Assembly (NCBI GenBank): GCA_030265395.1
Contig: JARFYF010000029.1
Location: 12,808,494-12,872,493 of the forward strand
Source: Rhina ancylostomus
Lineage: Eukaryota
Direction: 5' to 3'
Length of the DNA: 64,000 bases
The notes under the pieces are model-generated. The model was not told the origin of the DNA and made no database searches. It saw only the letters and a program-made list of their open reading frames with translations. How positions within the stretch are numbered: position 1 is the first letter of the stretch; the number at the start of each line of letters is the position of its first letter. The position numbers were made by a program, and so were the translations under genes. Below, piece after piece: positions 13,255 through 24,490 of the stretch.

Positions 13255-14744
13255 ATTGTTAGGGGAGAGGGACCTGGTGTGGAGAAATTAGAGAACCAGA
13301 TGCTCTGAGTAGGAGCAGGTGTGGTGAGGAAACAAACATATGAGGCACATCAGGAATCTTGAGCAGTACAAGCAGATTCAGCCATTTGCTCTGTATATGG
13401 GCCGTGTTGCATTGTCCTTAAAGTTGTCGGGGTCTTGGGGAGGACTCAGAACAGCAGAGCATAATGATGTGAGGAGAGGCAATATTGCTGCTGGATACAA
13501 ATGAGATATTGCTAAGATCTCCAGTGCCACTAACCATGAATAAAGCCTCAAGCAAGTATTTAAGAATCTTGAAGAGACATTTCAATCCAATGCTGTTGGG
13601 AGGGTTAATATGATGGACCTAACTCTCGAAGGAGCAACAGGAAGGTGACGGGTGGGAGTGTCAGACAGCTTCCCTCAGGACAGTGTTCTGAGGTGACAGC
13701 AAGGAACAGGCCCACTAAGTGGATAATGGTGACGTGGTCTTCTTTATCAAGGCCAAGTCAGATGGATGTTGCAAGCAGGTTCGGTGGGAAACCAGGTCAC
13801 GTGAGTGCTAAAGCCAGAAAAGCTATGGGTGACATGGGTCAGAAAGGGAGGAGGTCTCATCTTGGGAGCCATCCAGCCTCGGAACGAACTGCAGTCACAG
13901 TGCTCCCCATTGTGTAGGGAGCAATGGTATTTATTGCATGTCTGAAGTGAGCAATGAAAAAATACATGCTGAGCCATCATGTTGATTGAGGGAGTGACTA
14001 TGAGTATGTCATGATGGTGATCATTCAGTGATGGGACAAGATCTGTATACGGGAATCTTTCCACCACATTGCACTGAGGAGAACCAAGATGGTGTTCCAC
14101 ATCTACTTTGTGGACAGCCTTAAGTCATGGGTGAGCTGGACTTTTGGCTGCCTGGCAGGGATGTTTGTGTCCATAGCTATGTGCACCAGCAATCCAGGAT
14201 GTGGACTAGATTGAGTCACGGATTGAGGACAGCGTGCTTCAAAGTAACATAGCTGGAACAGCAAAGGGAAGCCACTGACACTCCAGGGTACACTGGCCTC
14301 ACCTAAGCACACCATTGCTCAGGTGGGCTTGGGTGGTCCGACGAAGTCTACAGCGAGCAAGACAGTTGCAGGTAAAATGTAAATTCTTCAAGACAAACAA
14401 GCCGGCTATCGGAAGGTGAGTTGATAGCTGCAATGAAACTATCTGAAGAAGGAAAAAAGACAGAATTTTGAAGAAGGCATCTCAACAAATGGAAGGCATG
14501 TTTCAAAAACTACAGGGAACACAGCTGACAACAATGTGTCGGAAGATGAAAAGCCTCCACTGATAACAAGCTTGAGCAGCTCAGTCGTGTGATCAAGTGA
14601 AGCTGGAAGGTCCCAAAGACAAAAATCAGAGCTGAGTTCAAGGACAAACCATAGGCATCCTGGGCTGAGGAGCCAGATCCATCATTCAGCATCACACCAG
14701 ATTTCACACATGGGGCCCACTTTCCTTTCTGTGGTAAATGAAAA

Positions 14745-14940
14745 TTAAAAATCTGCAAATGCCAGAAATTTGAAGTTAAAAATGAAGTGTTGGAAATACT
14801 CAGCAGGTCAATTAACATCCATGGAAAATGGAAAGAAAAAGTTCTGATGAGGGATCCCAGATCCAAAATGTTGTTTTCTCTTTTCACAGAATCTGACTGA
14901 CCTATTCAGTATTCCCAGCGTTTTCTGTTTTTATTTTGTT
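14745..14940. mobile_element. Penelope-like terminal repeat relic, self-complementary
   Basis: gttggaaatactcagcaggtca...ctgatgag...tgacctattcagtattcccagc forms an imperfect foldback typical of this abundant elasmobranch repeat. Confidence 0.55.
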
Positions 14941-15669
14941 TATTTGATAGGTGTTTTCTTTAGCTGCCAAAGGTGATGAATTCTAAAAGGGTATCTGGCG
15001 TGCATGCACATAATAGTATTGTAAGTGATGCCAGATATTGGTAGGATATACTATACACATGGTCCATTCAATTAAATGGGATTAGTGACTGTGATTAAAC
15101 AGCTAAGGGCAGACAAATGGGTTACTTCATCTTCTTCATTTTATTTAATTTTAAAGCCTTGAATTAATTGGCTACAACGTGTTTGAAGTAAATTTACTTA
15201 TTTTCATAATTCTGTTTTTTAAATTGTTTAAGTCCTTTTGAATTAATTTTAAATGTTGTTGTCTACCAGAGACATTTAAAAGTAGTTCAAAGGCATTTGA
15301 TGGCAGTGACCTGTCAAAAGGCCATCATTCCACTCTGAGGGTGGGGTCTCAGGATCCGCTGATAGTCACCTGGTCGGCTGCACATCCTAGAAGTCACAGC
15401 AGAAAGGTCTCCAGCACAGTTGGGCTGGCAGTGTTGCTAACTGTAGGAACGGCCCAGGGGAAGAGTGGGGAAAATGTAGCCAGTGCAGCACATTCCAGTT
15501 CAATGTCTAGATTAACACATGGTAGTCAAATCAGAACTGTGTGATCGTGGTACTGATCAGGTGCACGTATTATATATTTACGCATTCCTGCACAGGCTGC
15601 ATGCCATTGAGTAGTTGGAAACAAATTCATTCATTTAGGCTCAATTAGACTATTATTTCTTTATAACCT

Positions 15670-15986
15670 AGAAGAGGCCATTCAGCCCATTGAGTGTATG
15701 CTGGCTCTCAGAGCAATCCTATTCTCCCACATATTTCCTTGCAATCTATTTGCTCACATGCCCATCAGCACCTAACTCTTACCACCCACCTACTGGGGGT
15801 AATACATAGTAGCCAATTAACCTATCAATCAGCACGTCTTCAGGGTGTGGGAGGAAACTGAATACTCGGGAAACCCAAGCAGTCAAAGGAGGAACATGCA
15901 AATTCCACACAGAAAGTACCGGCGGTCAGGATCGAACCTGGGTTGCTGGAGCTATGAGGTAGCAGCCTGTTGTGCACTGTGCTACC
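15670..15986 (-). mobile_element. HE1/V-type SINE
   Basis: tgtgggaggaaactgaatactcgggaaaccca, ggatcgaacctggg, and tail aggccattcagccc. Confidence 0.8.
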
Positions 15987-17004
15987 CATTTATTATAGGT
16001 GTATTTACAGGTGAAGGTGTTCCTCTTGGAATAAATTGTGTTTGAGAAAATGAGAAAGCAAGACAAGCTGCTGGAAGGGATAGTGAGGAAGGGCTCCTGG
16101 AAGGAGGCCACAGCTCCCCAGGCTCTAAGGAGCTATTCTCCTGTGTAAACCTCAACAGAAAGAGACTGCTAAACATGTGAACTTAAGTCAAAACATCCCC
16201 TTTGAAATCTGCAACCCATCCCAGCCACAACTACAATCCCAGGAAAGAACAATAACCACATTTCCAATGGCTCTCAGGGTTACCATAGCCAATGCCATCA
16301 ATACACTGGGTGACTTCCTGTCTTGAGATGAAGATACTTAGAGTTACTTGGAATTTGTCATTCACTTGCAAAAGGGAGATTATTGGCTCCTCCATTCAAA
16401 AAGAGCTGCCTGCATGTCATTCTCTCTTGGCAGAGAAAAGCAGGTTGAATGAGCATGGGTTATTGGCTTCCCCTTGGCACAGGTTGCTGTTGTTGTATGC
16501 TTGTCATTGGTTGGCATTGCAAGTCAACCACATCTGAACCGGGGTCCATTTTCTCGATATCCACCTGGTGTGCGGCCGTCGGCAGTGCAGACCAGTGACC
16601 AGTACCCTGACAGCAATCTCCCCAGCGTCATTCGGAAGCGGTCTGCTGAGTCATCTGCATTTGGACCACCCTGAGAGACCACAGCTTGTTAACGGGCAAC
16701 AAAGNNNNNNNNNNNNNNNNNNNNNNNNNNNATTCCCATGAACGAATCACGCCATGAGATCTGGTTGTTGCAATAAAAAGAATGCTATCACTCAAAAATT
16801 GATAGAAAAGACCATTCGTGGATTGGTTCCACTCTCTGGATAATTTGTGAAGACTCCTAAAATACTCAGCGGAGCTGTACACAGGAGATGCGATGGGGTG
16901 CAGTGCACTGAGGGTGCAGTCCTTGCCAAGCAGCTGAAGAGGGACCAAGCAGAAGAGGCATACTGGACCGCCCCTTCCAGGCTAGACCATGAACAACAGT
17001 CAAC

Positions 17005-17365
17005 GTGGCCAAGCTGCCCATTCACGGGGACGCGGCAGCAGGCGGCCCAGGGTTCNNNNNNNNNNTACGCAGGTGTCCTTCGATAGGGAGCACATGGTCT
17101 CTGTGGGCACCCTGGTTGAGTTCTGTGCTCGGTGGGCCCCTCGGAATCACATGATGTGGACGGCACAAATGTGATTCTTATCTGAAGTGTTGCGTTACTG
17201 AGTGCAGTGTTGCGTGTGTGTTTCGCGGGTATTAGTTTGTATTATTTTACTGTAGTTATGTAGCAGCTTAGTTTTTTTTCCTCTTCTGTATTAGATGTAG
17301 TGTATTGACACTGGTTGTCCCTTTTTGTAGAACTTGTAGTTAATAAATGTTTATATTTTTAAAAA
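17005..17365 (+). mobile_element. 5'-truncated L1/Tx1-clade non-LTR retrotransposon
   Basis: Encodes AKLPIHGTRQQAAQG...VSFDREHMVSVGTLVEFCARWAP, resembling a Tx1 ORF2 C-terminus. Has a GT-rich 3'UTR, AATAAA at 17342 and an A-tail. Flanked by aacaacagtcaac (16992-17004) and aacagcagtcaac (17366-17378). Confidence 0.75.
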
Positions 17366-18089
17366 AACAGCAGTCAACACATCATCAGTTCCCCAGTCAC
17401 CAAAAGTCCTCACGTTACTCATTTTCTTATTAACCACCATAGTGCAGCAGTATAAAAAGAAAACGTACATCAAATGAATGTTCCACATTCAATTTATAAA
17501 TCATGGTATGCTGTACTGCATAGGAGCATCTAATCACTTTCCTTCCTTGCATTCTTTTACATATGCTGGTGTCCATGTCATTACCACACCAGGCAGCTGC
17601 TGGAGTGCAGCCATTCTTTGCCAGAGAAAGCTTCAGATAGCCTTGGAGCACAGTCTTGCAGCTCTGGGGGTGAAAGATGCAGGTCTGGACTGCATTTTCT
17701 GGGCAAAGCCTGCTGAGTCCGGGCTTGTAGGCTGATGGTCAAAAACTTGGGCAGTGTCAGGAGTTTAACTGCTGAGAGGGGATACCATGCAGCCAATGCT
17801 ATCTCCTTGTTAGCCTTGACTCCCACTATAAGTCCGAGATATCAGTTTGTGATGAAGCTGGCGTATCAACCATCTGGTTCTGCATTATGATAAAAACATA
17901 GGAGCGGTAATAGTCGGTTTATTTCCTTGAGTATTTTCCATCATTCATTGAGCCTACTTGTGCCCTTACTCTATAATAGAACTGTTGTACCATACTCCTG
18001 AAGAAACTTGCATGAAAAAATCCAATGATCTTCGATTGAGGATAAAGCATCATTTGAAGAAAAGAGTTCCAAATTTTTGCACCCTGTTT

Positions 18090-20300
18090 CCTGCATGTAT
18101 GAATGTTTTGAAATTTCATTCCTGAAAGGCTTGGCTCTGATTCTCAAGGCCTCAATTCCCCAACCAATGGAAATAGTTTCTTTCTCTCTAACCTGTCAAC
18201 TCCTCTAACACCATTAAAAACCTTAATCTATTCACCTCTTAACTTTTCAATTCTAGAGAATACAACATATGGGTTTGTAAATTCTCTACATACTTTAATT
18301 CTCTGACACAAATTGCTCTCTGTATTCTAATTGTGGTCTAACTAAAGCTTTGTATAGCTTCTATTTCCCAGTACTTCAATTTTCTAGATATGAAAGATGG
18401 CATTCCTTTCAATCTTTCAAATTTTTCTGCATCCATCCAGGACATTTTAACAATTGATGTGCGTGAACGTCTGAGTCTCTTGAACCTCCACCAGCCTGAC
18501 TTTTCAACATTCAGAAAGTACTCTGTTATATCCTATTAGTTTTGAAGTAACTGACCCCACATTTGCCTGTTGGAATGCATTTGCCATAACTTTGCCCATT
18601 TGTTTATTAATTATCTTCATAATTCAATGCTCCCATATCTTGTTTATCAAATATGGATATGTGAATCTCTGACCCATTATCTAGGTATAGTCAGCAGTAA
18701 GGCCCCCATGCTGATTATGTGGGACTCCAACCAATCTGAGTATCTCCACATTTTGTCGACTCTGTGATTCCTGCATCTTAGCTGATTTTCTGACCAAGAC
18801 AATAATTCTCCTTCTGTTCCATGAGCTTTAATGTCAGCCTGCTTCCTCTGTGTCAGGTGATACTTTGTCTACCTTCTGAAAGTTCATATAAATAAAATCT
18901 CTCGATATTCCACTGTCAACAACTTTGGTTGCCTTTACAAAATATTCAATCAAAGATTCATCAAAGGGCTCCTACATTTTTAAAATCCAGNNNNNNNNNN
19001 NNNNNNNNNNNNNNNNNNNNNNNNNNNNNNNNNNNNNNNNNNNNNNNNNNNNNNNNNNNNNNNNNNNNNNNNNNNNNNNNNNNNNNNNNNNNNNNNNNTA
19101 ATTTACTAATTTCACTCTCTCACCTTTCGTAAGTGGTGGAGTGACATGTGTAATTTCCAATCTAAGGGAACAATTCTGAATTGAGGGAACTTTGGAAAAT
19201 TATATTCAGAGCATTTGAAATGTTTCATCCACTTCCTTTAAAACCCTGGGATGGAAATATCAGGTGCTGGGATTTGTCACCTTTCAATGCCATTATTTTC
19301 CACAATAATTTCATTTTGTTTGCAGTCTGGCAAACTTCTTCCCTGAGTCGGTTTCTGTTTCCTTGGGATATCTAGCACATTATCCTCTTCCTCTGTTGTA
19401 ATGTTTGAAGCAAAGTAATTACTCAACATGTTCACTTTTCTCTTATTTTCACTTATGCTATTGTTTTTCCCACTTTTAACATTGCTGATCTACTCTGCTC
19501 ATAATTGACAACTTTTTCTGTGTTGATTTTGATATTGCTTGCAAATTTCTTATCACATTCCCCTTTTATAGCTCTTACTATCTGTTTGTTGTTTTTGCTG
19601 TTCTCTGTATCTCTCAGTTGTCAAGATTTGAGCTAGTTTTTGCCTTTTTGTATTCTTTTAATTTTAATTGTATGTGTTGTCTGTTACCTCCATAGTCATT
19701 TATGACTCATTTTTTTGGCAAGTCGAGCTCACCCTCCTTAGGGAAATAAACTGGCTCTGTAAAAAATTACATTCTTTTTGAGCACCTTTGTTGTTTTACC
19801 CATGAATACATTTGCTTGGTTCACCAAGGATGCCATCTGTTTCATTGTTAGCCTAACCTAAATCTCGAATTTACTGGATGCTTTGCACTTCCCTCTTCCA
19901 ACCACTGCATTGAAATCTTTCACATTGTATACAAGTATCACTAAATGTTCATGCAAAGATAGACTATTAAAAAAATCTGGCTCTTTATTTATAACTAAAT
20001 CTAATATGTCCAGCACCTTGCTACAGAAAGTTATCCTGAAGCATACTAAAGAAATCTGCACCTTGAGCTCATTTGCCTGCCCCGGCTACTTTAAGTGAAA
20101 CTTCCCATTAAAACCAATCTGTGTTTGCTACACACTTGCCGATTTTCCTATTTATATATTCTACCACTTAATGGGTACCACCTTGGCCTGTAAACAACTC
20201 CCAATAGAGGCTTAAAACTTTTCTTTCTTAATTCTACCCATAAAATCTCCATTTCTGTTCACCTTTCTTTATATTTTCTCTCATCGTTTAATTAATTCCA
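18090..20300 (-). mobile_element. Old, heavily decayed CR1-like LINE
   Basis: Minus-strand remnant LDILDLVINKEP...LSLHEHL (endonuclease end) at 19858-20061, HVTPPLTKGER near 19130, and 3'-end-like sequence at 18100-18600. Confidence 0.7.
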
Positions 20301-21040
20301 TCCTTACAGAGGCTTCTCCTCCCTCTCTGGTATTTTCCTATCTTTCCTCATGACCCAAACCTGATACTTTTATTTCCCAGTTCTGACACAAAGCCACAGT
20401 AATATCTATCATGTGCTCCCAGTTGAATTTGCACATGCTTTTCAATCAATTTATTTATGAATTTGTATAAAGGTTGCTTAGTTAGGCTGATCAATTTTAT
20501 GTAAGTTGGTTGAGTGTGCTAATGGAGGCATCAAATGCTTTCGTGGTGGGATGGGCGGATTCCAACCTCTGTATGAAGCTGCGTGCATATTTCTGACAGT
20601 TCCACTGAAGCACCAACCATTTTGTTGTGCATGTATTCCAACCTTCTCTTGGTAGCCTCCCCTTCGAAGTGCTCATTTTAAAACCTCTGCAGCAAAACCC
20701 TCTTCTGACTTACCTCCACATGTGCAGCCCTTGATCCCTGAACTGGTTACAGGACCCTGGTATCAATGTCTTACAACATGCAGATCCCACCTCTAAATTG
20801 TCATGGAGTCATGCAGTCAATACAGTGCAGATACAGGCCCTTTGGCCCACCAAGTCTGCATTGACCATCAAGCACCTATTTTAATGTACTGTAGGTATCT
20901 GAGCTGGTGGACTGTAAATGTTCATTTAAGTGATGATGTTACTTCAGATTAATCTTTTTTTTTGAGCATCTGCCACTGCTTGACCAGATTACGGTCCTTG
21001 GCTATCTGAAAGACAAAAAGGCATGAAGTGAAACCTGTCC

Positions 21041-21286
21041 AGCACAGTAGCGTAGCAGTTAGCATAACACTATTACAGTGCCAGCAATTGGGTTCAATTT
21101 CCACCACTGTCTGTACGGAGTTTGTACATTCTCCCCGCGTCTGTGTGGGTTTCCTCCGGGTGCTCCAGTTTCCTCCCACATTCCAAAGACGTATGGGTTA
21201 GTCGGTTAACATGGATGTAATTGGGCAGCCTGGGCTCATTGAGCCAGAAGGGCCTGTTACTGTGCTGTATAAATAAAGTTTAAAGT
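21041..21286 (+). mobile_element. HE1/V-type tRNA-derived SINE, near full length
   Basis: tRNA-like head (gcacagtagcgtagcagttagc...gggttcaatt), V-domain gggtttcctccgggtgctccagtttcctcccaca, and tail gaagggcctgttactgtgctgtat. Confidence 0.88.
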
Positions 21287-22939
21287 CCTATTGGAAGGGG
21301 GAAGGTAAGAGGTGTATGCTCACACTATATGCACATTGTGAATAAGAAAAGATTGTAGGACTGGGAGGTACCTAAAGTGAAAGAGAGGATTATATTTTTG
21401 GACACCATCACTTCCAATGCTGTTGGTAATGGCTTCCACTCCAAAGAAGGTAAACAGGGAGATAAGGTTGCTGCTCTGATTATACACTGCTTTTCCCCAT
21501 AAGAAAAGGAAAGTGTGCCAGTGAAAGCCATTCATTGTGGTTGGATTAAATGGCAGCATGTGCCGGCTGTGAGATATGGGTATGGGGCTTGCAACAGTCA
21601 TGATGATGGGGTGTACCTGTGATTGTTAGATACGGGTTCTTATTGATCAAGGTGCATGGTGTAACTGTTAAGACATAGGATTTGAAGAAGCGTTCGCTGA
21701 CCTTGACAGCATATGAGTTCATTGAACTACTAATGGCACTGCATCTAGATCCTTAAGACTTGAATCCTGGCAGAGATGGTCATGGTTAGCTTCAGAGGAT
21801 CTCCTGGCTGCCTGTGGATAAAGCACATCTTCTCTCCTCCTGCAACCAGAGCTCCAGTAAAACTTCAAAGAAACTTCTTCAGTGGTGTCCAATCAGTTTT
21901 AATCCAGGTTGCCCGCCAGAACCTTACATTACCACAGTGCACTTCTCCTTCAAGAAGTGCAGTCTGGATTTAAATTGTGCAGGCCATCTTTAAGCAATTG
22001 GTCTCCTGCTGAGGTAGGCAATGCTGAGTAGTGCATTAAGCATTGGCTGGATGCTGAAGTCAATAAATGAGAGGACAGTGCACAAATGATGTGTTGCTGA
22101 CATTGAAAATAACTTGCACTGGTTAACTGCTCAAGGCCTAACCTGTTTTCCTCACATTGTCCCTTAACCTCTAACACCTGGATATAAATCCATCCCGGGC
22201 TGACATCTAAGTGTCTCTCTACTTGCTGCGTACCCCAGCCATTCCTGGTACCTCAACAAATTCATCTAATGAAGAGCTGGATCATACCAGCTCGAGGAGT
22301 TACAGGTGGATATGAGGACAGAATAAGAATCAGCTATGATGCCTTCTGCAGTTAAAAAGCCAATACCCACTGCCAGGACTCCAGTTATAATAGTTTTCAC
22401 TTTGAAAGTGACCGGTGTCCAAGCAAAGGACCGTGCATCTCTTGGGAAAGCAAAGAGCCCCTATCTCGAGAGAAGATTAGCCAGGTGGACCCTGCTCGTA
22501 ACATAAACTGTCCACAGTTGCCAACAAATTGGAATCTCATTCAAAGGGTATTGGTGGATGGTGCAGTAGCACTGATGGGGAATACTCTTCTGAGGTTTGG
22601 GTACAAGCCTGGGGCACTGTGAATGGTCTTTTCCTAAGTAGCTGGCTAGTCGAGATACTCTAGCCAACCAGGAAGTTTTCAATATTCTGTGCACCAAAAA
22701 TTAAACATGTTCCAATTTTGACCACAAAACCTTTGCTTTTGAAAATATAGATATCCTTTTATTTAAAGGTACTGCTTTTTGTAAGGCTATGATACAGGTT
22801 AAATGATAACATGTGTTGAAATGATTGTTTCAAGTGCAACATTGAATCCATTAGACTCCATTTGTACGTCTTAGATTTAATAACTATGTTCTTTCATGAA
22901 AGCTTTTACCTTTTTATTATGGCAATTTATTTAAATATG

Positions 22940-23950
22940 TGCACCATCGCAAATATTTTGATAACAGCGGTTCACAGTCATCACCTCAATGTGCTAGCTA
23001 TACTGTGTGCGAGGCTTTGAACCAAATAAGTCTTGTTGACACTTCTGTCTGTTGGAATATGGGCGACCAAAGTGAAACTTACCTCTCGTGCCAACTTTTT
23101 TTTTTAAAGACAGAACTAGGCAGTTGTAACGGAAATATTGTCAGCTGTTTCAAGCAGACTCGTTGCTAATATGTGCGAAGACAATGATTTTTCTGGAAGT
23201 GGTGATGCCCTGCAGGGGTAGAATAATTAGCATTCCATCCAGCTGGCACTTCAGAAGGCACCAAACCCACATTAGCAGCTCTAACTTGGGTTTGGTATTT
23301 TTACTGAATCTTGCAGGCATATGCTTCATCTCTCCAGCATTTTATTTTTGTCTGTGTTGCAATTTGTTAAGTGCCAAATCCTCAAGAGGCAGACGGGCTA
23401 AACACATCAAGAAAACTAGAATAGAATTGGCATTTCCTAATTGTAACTGTCAAAAACCGCTAAGCACATAACTTCCGCGAAAAGTTGTTTTTATCCACTT
23501 AACAGTGTTATCCGTTTAGGAGCTTAATCGCACCTTGTTTTGTTAGACGGCATTTTTATCATCTGAGAAAAGAGCTTGTTTATCAAATGATCTGATTAGA
23601 TGTGTTTGTCTGGTAACGTCGGCTTATCGAGCTCAGAATTGACCCAAAAGCAAACGATATGCTCGGAATTGAAACCTCATTAAAATTAATGCTTAGCTGC
23701 CATGCTGAGTTTTTGATCTTGGCTCTGCCTTTGGGAGATGTGCCAAGCAGAAGCTGGGCAATGCCTCAGCCCTCTGAGCAACAACGAGTATCACCTGATT
23801 CTTTCCAAAGTTCCAATTGTGGGAGAGTCACAAACGTGAGGCAGCTCCACACCTTTATATTACTAAAATTACTCCCTTACCTTGATGCGTGCACCCTGAG
23901 CCATTGGAAAAAAAATCAGACGAGCGGTAACAGAAGCTGTAGACATAATT
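22940..23950. promoter_or_regulatory. Candidate intronic enhancer / conserved non-coding element with local CpG retention
   Basis: Repeat-free, with many CpGs against a depleted background, plus TAATTA, CAGCTG, CTGATTA and CATTAAAATTAATG motifs. Confidence 0.45.
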
Positions 23951-24299
23951 TCTTGCTTGTACTTGGATGTTTGAGGGCAGGAGAGTTGCCAATGTAGTAC
24001 TTCAGTTCAAGAGAGGGAAAAAGAAATTAATTTAATTATAGATCTATTGGTTTGGAGAATATGGTCGGCAATAATTCAAGGTAAAGTGGTTGTCATTTTG
24101 AACTACAAAACTAATCGTGAGCAGCTGCTGTGGATTTGTTCATTGATTTTTTAAAAAAATACATTAGTTTATTGAAGAGTGATGGATTAGATATATAAAG
24201 GCAATGCAACTGGATTAAATGGATTTTCAAAAGACATTCAATGAGGTGCGATAGGAAATATTTTTTACAATAATTCATTTGTACAATAGGGGGTGTGCA

Positions 24300-24490
24300 G
24301 ACCTTCTCAGTTCCTCTTTCAAAATGGGATACCATGGGATTTTCCACATTATGTTGAGAGACTGGATGTGGGTTCTTACTAACGTCACATCCTTCACCAT
24401 CTCCAACAAGGCAGTACTTCTTTACAACTGAAGTGCCAGTCTAGATTATGTGTTAAAGTTCCTGTCATGTTTCAAACCCACAACCTAGGA
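24300..24490 (-). mobile_element. Old Deu-domain SINE
   Basis: ccatgggattttccac...taacgtcacatcc...catctccaacaaggcagtact...ctagattatgtg is the reverse complement of the same consensus. Confidence 0.55.

Noticed and set aside
12496-13262. Long ORFs of 133-240 aa (and similar ones at 39568-40018 and 52839-53588)
   Set aside because: They run through N gaps, and the readable parts are SINE or non-coding sequence.
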